Source: a virus. From it: a stretch of 64,000 bases of DNA. The stretch covers positions 1-64,000 of IMG/VR virus record IMGVR_UViG_3300009788_000003, one strand, 5' to 3'. Both the position numbers and the translations under genes were made by a program. Positions 9,906 through 20,032 of this stretch are shown here, piece after piece. The notes below the pieces were generated by a model. That model had not been told where the DNA came from, made no database searches, and saw only the letters and a list, made by a program, of their open reading frames with translations. The first letter of the stretch is position 1; every line of letters starts with the position of its first letter.

Positions 9906-10339
9906 TTAAGCTTCCACATCAGACCAACACCCAAACCAAGTTCACTATTGGCAGCAGTCCCACTAACTTTGAAAAGCATATCGTATTTTGTTACAAGTTT
10001 ACCTGCACCAAATGCTACAGCTTGTTCACCGTCATATGTTCCAAATCCTACACCAATTTGCCATTGATTCGTAGATGAACTGAAATCAATTTGGGAAACA
10101 GCGATTACGGAAGCTACACCTGTATTAAGATTTGACTTGTGGATTCCATTAGCACCATCAAGACCATTGATACCATTAACGCCAGCGATACCATTAGTCC
10201 CATCAAGACCATCAACCCCATCAATCCCATCCTTTCCATCCTTACCATCTTCGCCTTGGTGGTGGTGATGGTCATCATTGGCATACGCACCCAAAGAAAA
10301 CATTAGCATAAGTGCTAAGATTAAAATTTTCATTATCAT
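9902..10339 (-). CDS. small YadA-anchor (trimeric autotransporter-like) protein with collagen-like repeats
   Basis: signal peptide, His run, G-X-D/N triplets, GVASVIA...IGVGFGTYDGEQAVAFG anchor motif. Confidence 0.8.
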   Translation of the reverse strand: MIMKILILALMLMFSLGAYANDDHHHHQGEDGKDGKDGIDGVDGLDGTNGIAGVNGINGLDGANGIHKSNLNTGVASVIAVSQIDFSSSTNQWQIGVGFGTYDGEQAVAFGAGKLVTKYDMLFKVSGTAANSELGLGVGLMWKLK

Positions 10340-10378
10340 TCCTCATGAAATTTAAAAGTCTCATCTCAGTCTCGTTTT

Positions 10379-10546
10379 CTAATCTGGGGTTCTGTCCACA
10401 ATCGGTAAACTGTCATCAATGCACTGTTGGCATGATACAGGGGAACCCAAACCGTGACCCGTTTCCCTTTCTGGTTCAGGCATATACTTCCCGCAGCACT
10501 GACACAAATCACCGTTCTCACAAAAATCTATTGTTGCTTGATCCAT
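10379..10546 (-). CDS. small CxxC..CxxC protein (55 aa, not in ORF track)
   Basis: MDQATIDFCENGDLCQCCG...GSPVSCQQC; resembles the N-terminus of 52304-52594. Confidence 0.55.
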   Translation of the reverse strand: MDQATIDFCENGDLCQCCGKYMPEPERETGHGLGSPVSCQQCIDDSLPIVDRTPD

Positions 10547-10555
10547 ATTATCACC

Positions 10556-13500
10556 TTAAAGGGCATCATCCCACGCAGTAAACCCTGTAGGAATTGCATT
10601 AAAAAAATCTGCTGAAGCAGTGACAAGTTGAGTTTCACTATTTCCAAAACTGGCTAACTTCCGTATGTTCACACAGTAGTCCTTTTCTAAATCCAGTGGG
10701 GCAACCCCGGTAGGAGAATTCACACCCAACGGAAATGCGCCCGTACTTGGATTCGCTGCATTGGACACAATCCCACCACCAATCCACAAATTCTCATGAC
10801 CAACCCACCAATCACCTGTATCCCAATCTATAGCAAATTGATAATACTCGCCTGTTCTGGGGGGAAATATATTCCCATTATTAGTAACGAATTGATCAGG
10901 AAATCTAATACCGTGACCATCAAAAATCTGAGATTGTTCAAGATGATATCCATCAGTACGAAGCGGAAGTATTCCAAACACATCGGCATCTGCTGTCAAC
11001 AATCGGATTCCCGGCAAACAACCAAACTGATTATCTCCCTGCAATACAAACAGCAGTTCGAAATACACTTTACCGTTTCTTGGAATCGCAGCAGAATTTA
11101 TACCTGCTTGACCAAAAACAACATCATCCATCTTGGCAATGGTTGGGTCTCCACCTACGAGAGTCGTATGATCAGAATCCAGAATAAACCACTGAGGATT
11201 AGTCAACATTTGATGACCGTTTAATGCACTGGCTTCAAATAGCTTCCTAACCATATTTTGAGTAAACCTTACCCCACCCTTGTACTCAGTCAGTGAACCG
11301 TAATCACCACCTGATCTACTAAGTTCATCAACACCATTGGATTGCTCACCATTAAACATGTAAGCACGGGCATTATCTAACCACCCCGTATTTGTTCCAC
11401 TTGCTACAGGCATACCATCGACATAGACCACGTAATCAGTATCACTACTATGAGCTATTACCAGTTGATGAGTTTTATTATCTCCATAGAAATCAATCTC
11501 AGATTCCCAATCAGTTAGAGCATTAAAATTATTAACCATAGCAGGGAAATTACTTCCTCCATTCCCCCTTCCGATACCATGCCTATTATTATTACTTGCG
11601 CGGATAAGACAGCACTGAGTTTGGGAAAAATCTGGTTGTCTGAACCACAATTCAAATGCATGAACATCATCATCTTGACTAGGCTGAACGGCATCAGCAT
11701 TTATAGTTCTGGGCCAACGGATTGAATCAATTGAAACATGCGATAACTGAAGTCCACTAAAGGTAGGGTCAGTACCCGCACCATCAGTTAAATTTCTGAC
11801 TATTGCTTTATTTAATTTCTTATCATTCGTATCATCAAGGTAGGTACTCCCCCCACCTTCAAACACGTATCGACCCACTTCTAACGCAGGGTAGAAATCA
11901 AATACGGATTGTCTTCTGTTCACACCTTGCGGGAGAACTTCAACAGTATAAGTCTGTGGCTCCCATGAATCATAATTCGTAGGTATTGGATGAATCATTT
12001 CATAGAATTTAGTCCGAAGCCTGACCTTACCGTTTCCGCTAGTGCCATTTGTTCTAAGCCACGCTCCCCAATTAAAATTGGTAACAAGGAAGCCAAGCCC
12101 CGCACGATCTTGCGAAGGATTCGCCTGTTCATCAAAGAAGAATTCGGCCCGTAATGCTTGAACAGTTATCCATGCTGAAGGTCTAACTCTAAGAAACTGA
12201 CAGGTGAACGGAATCAGTTGATTGGTGACTACCGTTGTAGCATCACCTACATTACCGTTCAAGACTTCACCACCGGGGAATTCAACGCCGTTATACGGAA
12301 TCCAAATATCGCTATCATCATCGTTATACTCAAGCCTATATTGGTTTATCCTAGCAGACCCAGATGTTGCCCCTTGAGTGCTGATTGCAGCAATATCTCT
12401 TAGTGAGCCAAAGTCTATCTTCCACCATCCACCTCCGACACTGACACTTGGTTGCCAATGATTCGGAAAGGCATTATTCAACCTTGCATGACGGGCAGCA
12501 TGATCAGCATCAAGAAAAGTCGAAGCCGATAAAGCACCATCTAGTATGGCTCCACTTTCTAATCCCACAGCAGGATTAGTGATACCTGTTCTACCTTTCC
12601 ATCTAAGGTCATCACCAATAAAGAATTGTGTTGGGCTTGCTGCAACCCACTCCATAGCGAATCGATATATCTGTCCTGTGATCGGGTCATCTAAAACAGT
12701 GGCATCTTGATCACCATCACCCGTTCCCGTAGGCAATACCACATTAGCCCCATCAAAAAGCAAACCTGCCTTCAGATATATTGCTTCATCAGTATTATCA
12801 GAATCACCACCGACAGGGCCACCCTCTGCAAATCTCCGAAGACCAAGCAAGGTTGCAGTAGCATCATCACCCTGTTCAAGAATCTCCAACTCAAAATATA
12901 CTCTATCACCCCCTCCTGTGAGTTTGCTTCTGCGTATAGCCCCACTTCGAATTCCGGTAGCATCAGTCACATCTCCCAGATCAACCTGCTTGGCTAATAT
13001 TGGGTCTGGGATAACTACATTCGAACTATCTAAAACAAACCAACGTGGAGAGGTAAGCATATCCCTTCCATCAAGGCAGGACGTTTCATACAGTTCCCTT
13101 GCATCTCTCAAAGACAGATTTGACCCATTATTGAAAGTAGTAAACGAACCCGCTTCCCCACCATATCTATCTGAATTGGTAGCATCATCTTTGTCATTGA
13201 ATGAAGGCAGTGGGGATAAAACGGTTGTCCCACCTGTTGACCCAATAGCAACAGGCATTCCATCAATACAAACAACGAAATCATTACCCCCCGCAGTGTC
13301 CCGAAATTCTAGTAGTTGATGGATAAGCCCATCCCCAGACAGATCAATTTCAGACTCCCATTGTAATATTGCATTGAAATCATTTCTATTCGAAGGCCAA
13401 TTAAACCCAACAGTATTACCACGCCCAATATGATTACTAGGATTATTATCTTGACCCACAAGAACCGAAACATCACCATCAGTTAGAGTATCCCTGAACC

Positions 13501-13858
13501 ACAATTCAAAAACATAATGAGTTGGAATCGTAGTAAATACCCGAACATAATTCTGGTCACTGTTATTGAACTGAATCGAATCGACTGAATGGTGACTAAA
13601 CTGATCACCCCCCAAAACAATAACACCTGCACCATCATCTTGTGCTACCGTGTTTCCACGTATCTCATCAAGGGCTACCCCGTTTGGGCCTGCTGCGCCC
13701 TCAAACAACATTTCGGCAACCTCACCCAATGTTAAAGCCGAAATCGTAGCTGCCCGTGCCGAAGGGCTACCCCTCCCACCAAACGGGGGCGCGGGAGTAC
13801 CGGGGGGGCCAAACAGCAGATTGAACCCTGCTGCCCCTGCAATGATTCGTCTAGGCAT
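10556..13858 (-). CDS. large receptor-binding/fibre protein: duplicated LamG-like + SPRY-like modules with an F5/8 type C domain
   Basis: internal repeat (FELWFR, WESEID, DGMPVA, WF.LDS, VYFEL each twice); discoidin motifs IDFG..ISTQG..YRLEY..RVRP. Confidence 0.75.
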   Translation of the reverse strand: MPRRIIAGAAGFNLLFGPPGTPAPPFGGRGSPSARAATISALTLGEVAEMLFEGAAGPNGVALDEIRGNTVAQDDGAGVIVLGGDQFSHHSVDSIQFNNSDQNYVRVFTTIPTHYVFELWFRDTLTDGDVSVLVGQDNNPSNHIGRGNTVGFNWPSNRNDFNAILQWESEIDLSGDGLIHQLLEFRDTAGGNDFVVCIDGMPVAIGSTGGTTVLSPLPSFNDKDDATNSDRYGGEAGSFTTFNNGSNLSLRDARELYETSCLDGRDMLTSPRWFVLDSSNVVIPDPILAKQVDLGDVTDATGIRSGAIRRSKLTGGGDRVYFELEILEQGDDATATLLGLRRFAEGGPVGGDSDNTDEAIYLKAGLLFDGANVVLPTGTGDGDQDATVLDDPITGQIYRFAMEWVAASPTQFFIGDDLRWKGRTGITNPAVGLESGAILDGALSASTFLDADHAARHARLNNAFPNHWQPSVSVGGGWWKIDFGSLRDIAAISTQGATSGSARINQYRLEYNDDDSDIWIPYNGVEFPGGEVLNGNVGDATTVVTNQLIPFTCQFLRVRPSAWITVQALRAEFFFDEQANPSQDRAGLGFLVTNFNWGAWLRTNGTSGNGKVRLRTKFYEMIHPIPTNYDSWEPQTYTVEVLPQGVNRRQSVFDFYPALEVGRYVFEGGGSTYLDDTNDKKLNKAIVRNLTDGAGTDPTFSGLQLSHVSIDSIRWPRTINADAVQPSQDDDVHAFELWFRQPDFSQTQCCLIRASNNNRHGIGRGNGGSNFPAMVNNFNALTDWESEIDFYGDNKTHQLVIAHSSDTDYVVYVDGMPVASGTNTGWLDNARAYMFNGEQSNGVDELSRSGGDYGSLTEYKGGVRFTQNMVRKLFEASALNGHQMLTNPQWFILDSDHTTLVGGDPTIAKMDDVVFGQAGINSAAIPRNGKVYFELLFVLQGDNQFGCLPGIRLLTADADVFGILPLRTDGYHLEQSQIFDGHGIRFPDQFVTNNGNIFPPRTGEYYQFAIDWDTGDWWVGHENLWIGGGIVSNAANPSTGAFPLGVNSPTGVAPLDLEKDYCVNIRKLASFGNSETQLVTASADFFNAIPTGFTAWDDAL

Positions 13859-14546
13859 AAGCTTGACCGACTACATTGAATTGAATTGTTCCACCGTCCA
13901 CAATCCTGATAAAAAATTCGTCTTTCGAAAGTGAACCCAATGAAGGAACAATTGGTGTACCACCGGGCCATTGTGTTCCACCGGGAAATGTAACCGTATG
14001 ACCTCCCACCACATCCTGTTCAAATGTCCATGAAATATCAATCGCATTAGCAGGAATATTGATAAACGACAGGGTAATGTTTGCAGTTGCTCCGCTAGTC
14101 CTGAAGTTCCGTGACAGCGATAAGTCCATGATGACTGCACCTGTGAGTACCGTTTCACTGATCGGTTCTGAGAGAGCAGCCTGTGCGGTCTGAGGAACCC
14201 AAGCAGCACCATCCCAGAAATACTTAAATCCTTCATCCTGTACGAATGCATCCCACCCCAATTTTGGAACATGAAATTCCCAAACTGCACCACCACCATC
14301 AGGGTCAATGAAGATTCCAATATTGTTATCTTGTCCTGCCCATGCTGCACCAGTAGCACCAACCGGAATAATATATCTGTCACCTTCAGTCGGCCCTCCC
14401 GGTTGAGCAGCAAGGTCTTTATCGATGACACCAAGATTCATCGTACCGTCAATTAATTTCAATGTCAGATCGTTGTCAGTTTTCCAGAACTCTCCAAGAT
14501 CGAACCCAAATTTTATACCCTCATTCGGGCCAGTTTGAGCAGGCAT
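13851..14546 (-). CDS. DUF2793-domain tail protein
   Basis: EGDRYIIP.GATGAAWAGQDNNI...PKLGW motif. Confidence 0.8.
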   Translation of the reverse strand: MPAQTGPNEGIKFGFDLGEFWKTDNDLTLKLIDGTMNLGVIDKDLAAQPGGPTEGDRYIIPVGATGAAWAGQDNNIGIFIDPDGGGAVWEFHVPKLGWDAFVQDEGFKYFWDGAAWVPQTAQAALSEPISETVLTGAVIMDLSLSRNFRTSGATANITLSFINIPANAIDISWTFEQDVVGGHTVTFPGGTQWPGGTPIVPSLGSLSKDEFFIRIVDGGTIQFNVVGQAYA

Positions 14547-16840
14547 TACACAAAACCTCCGTAAAATTCACCGTAACTATAACCATAGTCGGCGCGTTTA
14601 AAAGCATAATCATGGAATTGATTACCATCTAAACCAGAGACACTATTGTTAGCCTCTAATTCAAGTCGTAAATTGTTATTCACTCTATCAGTCAAACCAC
14701 TATCCGCTGTTTCATCAACCCACGCAAAAGATGTTCCCGCAATTAAAACTTCAGTTCTAGATAAAACACCAAGTTCATTATACAGTCTCAGCGTATACGT
14801 GGTTCCAACTTCAGGGCCAATATCACCGAATGCTTGCGGGAAGTGCCTTGCTGCGGTTTGTTGTGTGCGGTCTCTATGTTCCCACGTAATATCTAGATCA
14901 CCCAAAGTCATTCCGATAGGGGTATAAGCAGGGAGTCCATCCAACTGAACATTAGCAGGGGGGTAAGGTTTGTCTTTACGATTACTTGTCACAAACACAT
15001 TTGTTGTTGCATCAGACTGAGCTAATGTACCTTGCCCACTTTGAGTCAATAATTTGATATCCAAACTCTCACCAGTAGCATATTGGACACCAGACCTTGC
15101 TCTAAGATTCTGATTACCAAACAATCTAGCACCAATCGAATGAGCCGCAGGAACAGTATCAACCACACCCCGATTTACGATCATAGTTTTAGCAACTATG
15201 TCATGTTCAATCACATCCATGAACTCATCATCAATCCGAACAAATTCAAATAATGGCAGGAACTTCAGAAAGCCCCCATCACCTTCATAAGTAAAAGTCG
15301 TTACTGCACCTGTTACCATAGCCGCTACAAGGGTTGCACTTGGCGCAAAATCACCTATACCTTCCTTAGTATATAAGGTTAAGTTTTGATCAGGTGTAAT
15401 CCACAGTTGAAAATTATAATGGTCTGAAGTTGGTCTGACTGCGGTAGCCTTAATAAATCCCTGATCAGGCAAAACATTAGCCGCATCATCTTCACCAATT
15501 TCCTGAACAATATCGTAGTAGGTAGCATCTTCTATAAATTGAAATACTGCATCAGTCGGTATGCTGCTAGGTTCAACCCATCCGCTAACCTGTGGCTTTG
15601 CGTAACTAGCACTAGGCAATCCAAAGACATCTTCAATAGCATCAATAACTATATGACCGTCTTTCAAGTTGCCATAATTTATAGCACCCACCCTGAACAC
15701 TACTTCAACAATACCAAAAGCAAGCCAAGATAATTTAAAGACATCACCGGGGGCAGTATCCCATGCATCCCTATTTACCCTGATTTTAATTTTAGCCAAT
15801 GGGCTAGACAAAGTTCTCAAATCTCGCAACGCTACAAAGGCGGCATTTTCAGCAGTTGAAATGCCGGGGTATTGCCTAGTAATATTAATTGTTGTTCCCT
15901 GAATCTGAATATTTGCCATATCCTGAACAGTAAACGGCACATCTTTATTGATAACATTATCGTGATACACAACCGTTACTTCATTGGTTGTCTCTCCCCA
16001 TGTTCTTCGTGAAAAGTTCTGCATATCCACTACATTGCTTTCATCAAAAAGAGGCAAAGATGCAACAACATAATCATCACGAATCAATTTAATTACAAAT
16101 AATCCTGTAGCCAAATCAATATACAAAGACCCATTAATATGTTCCAAGATACTATCTACAAATGATTCAATCGAATCTGAAGAAGTCCAAATCATTGACA
16201 AACCAAACCCTTCATCATCCAAAGTAATAGCAGCAGCAACAAAACTAGGTTGATCAAGGTCAGCTTGGTTATACCCCATACCCCAATCAATATTAGTCAG
16301 AAGTTCAAATAACATATTGGCAGGATTCGCATCTTCACCAATTTGCTTAGTGGCAGGATTCAATTGACCGGGGAACCTCTTTACCCGAAATGACCAATCT
16401 TTTATATATGGATTGTTACCGACATAAAACTGTTCAAAAATAAAACCTAACACGCTCCTGTAAGCAGGTATATCCCCTACAATCTTCTCTTCAAGATAAG
16501 CATTTGGTAGTTGCGAAGCTTCACCAAAAGCAACACTAACGAATCCTGATGAATTAGTAGAATCAATAATACCTTTAAAACCAGATTCAAATCCTTCTCT
16601 TCCACCTAAAGAAATCCCACCTACACCACCTTCCCTTTCTTCTCCACCAAACAATTCAGGCTTGTTGATAAATATTTGTCCTGAAGCTGTTATTGCAGGG
16701 TCAGCCCCACCACCATCGTAGGCTAAACGATCACCCACACGAAGTTCAGTGACTTCATCCACAGGGCCATAACAAACAATCATATGCATACCAATGAAAT
16801 ATTTGTAACCAACTGTACCCCCTCCTTTACCTCCCCCCAT
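14546..16840 (-). CDS. tail tip / host-specificity protein (Phage-tail_3, J-like)
   Basis: MGGGKG..VGYKY, NPYIK.W, NPA..ELLTN..WG.G, RGVVDT motifs. Confidence 0.85.
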   Translation of the reverse strand: MGGGKGGGTVGYKYFIGMHMIVCYGPVDEVTELRVGDRLAYDGGGADPAITASGQIFINKPELFGGEEREGGVGGISLGGREGFESGFKGIIDSTNSSGFVSVAFGEASQLPNAYLEEKIVGDIPAYRSVLGFIFEQFYVGNNPYIKDWSFRVKRFPGQLNPATKQIGEDANPANMLFELLTNIDWGMGYNQADLDQPSFVAAAITLDDEGFGLSMIWTSSDSIESFVDSILEHINGSLYIDLATGLFVIKLIRDDYVVASLPLFDESNVVDMQNFSRRTWGETTNEVTVVYHDNVINKDVPFTVQDMANIQIQGTTINITRQYPGISTAENAAFVALRDLRTLSSPLAKIKIRVNRDAWDTAPGDVFKLSWLAFGIVEVVFRVGAINYGNLKDGHIVIDAIEDVFGLPSASYAKPQVSGWVEPSSIPTDAVFQFIEDATYYDIVQEIGEDDAANVLPDQGFIKATAVRPTSDHYNFQLWITPDQNLTLYTKEGIGDFAPSATLVAAMVTGAVTTFTYEGDGGFLKFLPLFEFVRIDDEFMDVIEHDIVAKTMIVNRGVVDTVPAAHSIGARLFGNQNLRARSGVQYATGESLDIKLLTQSGQGTLAQSDATTNVFVTSNRKDKPYPPANVQLDGLPAYTPIGMTLGDLDITWEHRDRTQQTAARHFPQAFGDIGPEVGTTYTLRLYNELGVLSRTEVLIAGTSFAWVDETADSGLTDRVNNNLRLELEANNSVSGLDGNQFHDYAFKRADYGYSYGEFYGGFV

Positions 16841-17030
16841 TAGCAGCCTCCCTTGCTACAGCAGCCACATGCAAAGCAATAGCTTGACCAGTCGCTTCTA
16901 TTTCTTCAACAGGCATTGTGCCATCACACAATTTTTTAAAATCCAGATGGTATCGTGTACAGAATCGCCTTACCGCGAAAACGCAATAACCCAATGTACG
17001 ACAGTGAGTAATGTTCACATAAACTTGCAC
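16827..17030 (-). CDS. small tail assembly protein
   Basis: YC..AVRRFC motif; synteny in tail tip module. Confidence 0.7.
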   Translation of the reverse strand: MQVYVNITHCRTLGYCVFAVRRFCTRYHLDFKKLCDGTMPVEEIEATGQAIALHVAAVAREAANGGR

Positions 17031-17257
17031 TACTTTTTACCCCCTCCTTTAATCGCTATAGCAAAAAGATCACCGTACCAAACTACATTCGGCCCCGTAA
17101 TTTCAACCGTGCCAAACACCACGGGTATAGCTCTATCTTGCTCTGCTGAAGGCACTTGGAAATCTCCTAATGATGCTGCTTTAGGCGTAGGTGGTTTCGG
17201 TGTCAACATTGCTGTTATCACCGCTGAAAGAACTAATAATACAAGTTGTACCCACAT
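17030..17257 (-). CDS. tail assembly protein
   Basis: IPVVFGT....PNVVWYGD motif. Confidence 0.8.
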   Translation of the reverse strand: MWVQLVLLVLSAVITAMLTPKPPTPKAASLGDFQVPSAEQDRAIPVVFGTVEITGPNVVWYGDLFAIAIKGGGKK

Positions 17258-17288
17258 ATCTATTTACCTGTTTTTGATCTTAGTATCA

Positions 17289-17522
17289 CTAACATTCAAC
17301 TGCTTTATCAGCATCAATCTTACCTTCACCAACATACTCATGCATGTCACCTTGAAGAGAACCAGTTCGACAATAAATCAAATTACCTGATTCCTTATGC
17401 CTGTAAATACTCACAGCCACTTTTGCCCCCGGCATCAAATTCCATATCAAATTGGGTCTAACATGAAGCACAATTGCAATCAACGCAAGAATAAGAGCCA
17501 CTACCGATATTAAAAAATCCAT
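17289..17522 (-). CDS. small membrane protein inserted in tail operon
   Basis: AGGAG SD, N-terminal TM; start re-assigned. Confidence 0.6.
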   Translation of the reverse strand: MDFLISVVALILALIAIVLHVRPNLIWNLMPGAKVAVSIYRHKESGNLIYCRTGSLQGDMHEYVGEGKIDADKAVEC

Positions 17523-17532
17523 CACATTTCTC

Positions 17533-18339
17533 CTAATATAAAATTGTTCCACCAAACGGATTACGATCAGGGCTATACGGAAACCCACCATAATTTACTA
17601 TGTTGTCATACCTATCTTTACAATCTGCTAAGTCATGATTACAGCCGGGGAAAGCTTCAACAAGACTTCCAACTTCTAAATCAGCAAATGGAGTTACAAG
17701 AGTTAAAGTACCTGCACCGTCATCAGCCAAAACGGTTCTGAAATTTACATTATCAAACACAACATACCCACCATCATAAAATTCTGGTGCGGTTACTGCC
17801 CATTGTGGGGCAGTAATTATATTCGTTGAAAAAGAAGAGATAGTACCAATCACCTGAAACGCTAAATTATTTACTTTGCACTCAGAACCATAATGAATAT
17901 GTGGACATTGGCTTGAATATTTCCTACGCAAACCGGGTCTTTTCAAACTGGTGAAGACAGGCTCACAAGCAATTGCCGCTTTAGAACCAGACCATTCAAT
18001 AGTTAGTACCCTGCCCTTCCAGACCACCACAAATTGATCAGCCAAATCATTCAAGTGTTTTCTATAAATTGTTAGGGTCATTATTTCAGTTGGTGGAAAT
18101 GCAACAAAGCTTTCTAGTACCAGAGCATCCCTTTGAATATCTATCTTCAGTTCTTGTCTTTCAATTTCCGTGTTCTGTTCAACAGCTTGCCTTTGCATCT
18201 GATGTGGCAGATATACGTTTGACTGAAATGTTATTTCAGCATCATGCGAAGTCAGAAAATATTCTGTGGCAACACCCAACTTAAATTCATACAACTCAAT
18301 TGGATAACCAAACCCTTCTTCTTGTGCTTCAAAAGTCAT
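17533..18339 (-). CDS. tail hub protein, BR0599/DUF2163 family
   Basis: CPH..Y..C and PGC.H...C...YDN..NYGGFP motifs. Confidence 0.85.
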   Translation of the reverse strand: MTFEAQEEGFGYPIELYEFKLGVATEYFLTSHDAEITFQSNVYLPHQMQRQAVEQNTEIERQELKIDIQRDALVLESFVAFPPTEIMTLTIYRKHLNDLADQFVVVWKGRVLTIEWSGSKAAIACEPVFTSLKRPGLRRKYSSQCPHIHYGSECKVNNLAFQVIGTISSFSTNIITAPQWAVTAPEFYDGGYVVFDNVNFRTVLADDGAGTLTLVTPFADLEVGSLVEAFPGCNHDLADCKDRYDNIVNYGGFPYSPDRNPFGGTILY

Positions 18340-18346
18340 AACGATA

Positions 18347-20032
18347 TCATCCTAAAGGTATCACCCTAGTAGCAAATGAAACTTCTGCCATTTCAGTATG
18401 AGTCCAAGCAAATTCTACCCCATCAACATCTAGCCTAGATGGATGTAAAAATGAAATCAACTTAATCTCATTTAACGGAATTGTTACACCCAAAGAGGAA
18501 TCAATACCAAGTATTTCTTCTCCCGGCGCACCTGCTGTTGCTGATGTTATTCTGCGATAAAACACCAACCCTGTTGTAGTAAATATTGCAATGTCCCGCT
18601 TGCCGGGGGCTAGATCATAAAAATTCCTGTACTCATAATCCTGAACAAGTATTACATTATCTGTATTGTCAATTTGTTCCAATGGGACAAAATCCTTAGA
18701 CTGAGAGACTATCCAGAATTTAGTATGTTTACCTGCCCTTGCGTGTAACCATTCTTTCCAGAACCAAATATCTGCTCTTCCTTCATCAGCAAAATTAAAC
18801 AAAGTTACTACATCTGGGAATCCTTGACGGTCATCTACAAAAGCAGGGGCTATCCCAAAATCTACAAGACCATATTTAGACTGATATGATAAATCTAAAT
18901 TTTCTGCTCTGTTGGGTACTTTCTCTAAAATAAATTCGGTCTCATAAGCAGTTGGTGAATCCACAGCAGTAATAGCTTCGTTATCCACAAATTGAAATTT
19001 GACACTAGCAAAATCTATGTCAGCAGTTGGTTGTGTTAAGGTTTGATCTTCAGTCATTCTACCTATCAACGAAGGATAAATTCTAGTGCCAGAAGGCCAC
19101 TCGTTTAATGTGGGCCTTATCAGCGTCAAACTAGTAGGTTGAATGCTTAATATTTCTACAGCCTCAACTGTTCGTTGATCAATAAAAAATATTGCTACAC
19201 CACCAACCTTGAATGATGTGTTATCTGTAAATGCCACATCTATTACTGAATCCCCAATTGGTGTAAGTGCAGTGGTGAAAACGCAATCAGTCCAGATCGG
19301 TACAGAAAATAATCTTGCTTTCCAATCCCAAAGATAAGTTTCAAGCCAACGCTTATCATCTGAGTCAATCAAAACCCTGTATTCCAAACTTCTTCTTGGA
19401 TTGGTTCTCAACCTATTTCTTCTTTCAGTCCCATCATCCGATTCAATTATTTGGGTCAACCATTCATACCTTTCAACTACGTTATCACTCCAATCTGGGG
19501 AGAACGCAAAAATAATTACCCTGTTACCCGTTAGTGTAAAGGTTACTTCTTCTGTGGCGAAAACCCATGTGTATACAATATCGATTTCAGGGGGGCCAGA
19601 TGTAGATATATTAAGTATGTACTCTCTGGTTTCTAAGGCAGCATACGTGGTTGGGGGTACAGCAGGTTCAGTTAGAATAACTCCTGTTGTATCACCTACG
19701 GGGGTCAATGATGAATTTAAGTTGCTAGTAAAAAAGGCATTCCATACATCAAATGTTTGTATCTCTGCACCAACCAGATTACCTAATGCAATAAACTTTG
19801 GAGTAACATGAACCCGTTCATAAAAATCCTTTACAAACATCGGGCAACTGATACCCGTAATATCCTCAGAGTTTATATCTACTGGTCTTAAATCTACTAA
19901 ATCCCCAAATATAAACATATCGAAAAATGGAACAAATGTTGTAGGGGGAATATCCTGCCCCTGAAGCAGCATAGGCTGCGTACCTTCAAAGGGGTTTTTG
20001 AAGATCGGTGATGGTTCGATAAAATCAGGCAT
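18347..20032 (-). CDS. distal tail/virion structural protein
   Basis: PDWS..V.ERYEWLT....DGTERR..LR..PRR; position after tape measure. Confidence 0.75.
   Translation of the reverse strand: MPDFIEPSPIFKNPFEGTQPMLLQGQDIPPTTFVPFFDMFIFGDLVDLRPVDINSEDITGISCPMFVKDFYERVHVTPKFIALGNLVGAEIQTFDVWNAFFTSNLNSSLTPVGDTTGVILTEPAVPPTTYAALETREYILNISTSGPPEIDIVYTWVFATEEVTFTLTGNRVIIFAFSPDWSDNVVERYEWLTQIIESDDGTERRNRLRTNPRRSLEYRVLIDSDDKRWLETYLWDWKARLFSVPIWTDCVFTTALTPIGDSVIDVAFTDNTSFKVGGVAIFFIDQRTVEAVEILSIQPTSLTLIRPTLNEWPSGTRIYPSLIGRMTEDQTLTQPTADIDFASVKFQFVDNEAITAVDSPTAYETEFILEKVPNRAENLDLSYQSKYGLVDFGIAPAFVDDRQGFPDVVTLFNFADEGRADIWFWKEWLHARAGKHTKFWIVSQSKDFVPLEQIDNTDNVILVQDYEYRNFYDLAPGKRDIAIFTTTGLVFYRRITSATAGAPGEEILGIDSSLGVTIPLNEIKLISFLHPSRLDVDGVEFAWTHTEMAEVSFATRVIPLG

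Noticed and set aside
10140-10260. Collagen repeats as substrate of the PLOD-like oxygenase
   Set aside because: Lysines are in the X position (G-K-D), not the X-Lys-Gly context used by lysyl hydroxylases
10556-13858. Diversity-generating retroelement target
   Set aside because: The duplication is old and protein-level; no near-identical TR/VR pair or reverse transcriptase is in the window
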